A stretch of 64,000 nt of DNA, taken from assembly GCA_047967505.1 (NCBI GenBank), contig CM106538.1; one strand, written 5' to 3'. The notes beneath the pieces are model-generated. The model did no database searches. It was given only the letters and a program-made list of their open reading frames with translations, and was not told where the DNA came from. The translations under genes were made by a program, and so were the position numbers. Each line of letters opens with the position of its first letter. The stretch's first letter is position 1. This document shows, one piece after another, positions 63,956 through 64,000 of the stretch. Source of the DNA: Dipteris shenzhenensis (taxonomy: Eukaryota).

Positions 63956-64000
63956 CTGCAGGCCATCACACCCAGATATTTACTTCCATTCGTCCAAAAC

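Overview
Eukaryotic land-plant DNA, rich in transposons. A seed-free plant or gymnosperm is a guess from the element types; the species cannot be identified. About 58 kb is nested or decayed transposable elements. These are five Ty1/copia copies from three families plus one copia fragment, a TRIM, two divergent Tat-like Ty3/gypsy elements with an archaeal-type RNase H (aRH), a split Sola2-like DNA transposase, a hAT-type MITE, CACTA remnants, a triplicated Ulp1-like peptidase region and a kinase pseudogene. A 2.6-kb local duplication follows. The only intact-looking host gene is the 3' part (4 exons) of an oligopeptide transporter (OPT) on the minus strand at the right end. The most striking observation concerns the two gypsy elements. 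Both carry an unannotated ~50-aa micro-ORF upstream of gag (25/47 identical, with many synonymous changes). In one element this ORF belongs to a chain of small ORFs joined by TAATG/TGATG/ATGA stop-start overlaps, and the chain includes a free-standing aRH placed before gag instead of inside pol. All alignments and counts were made by eye.
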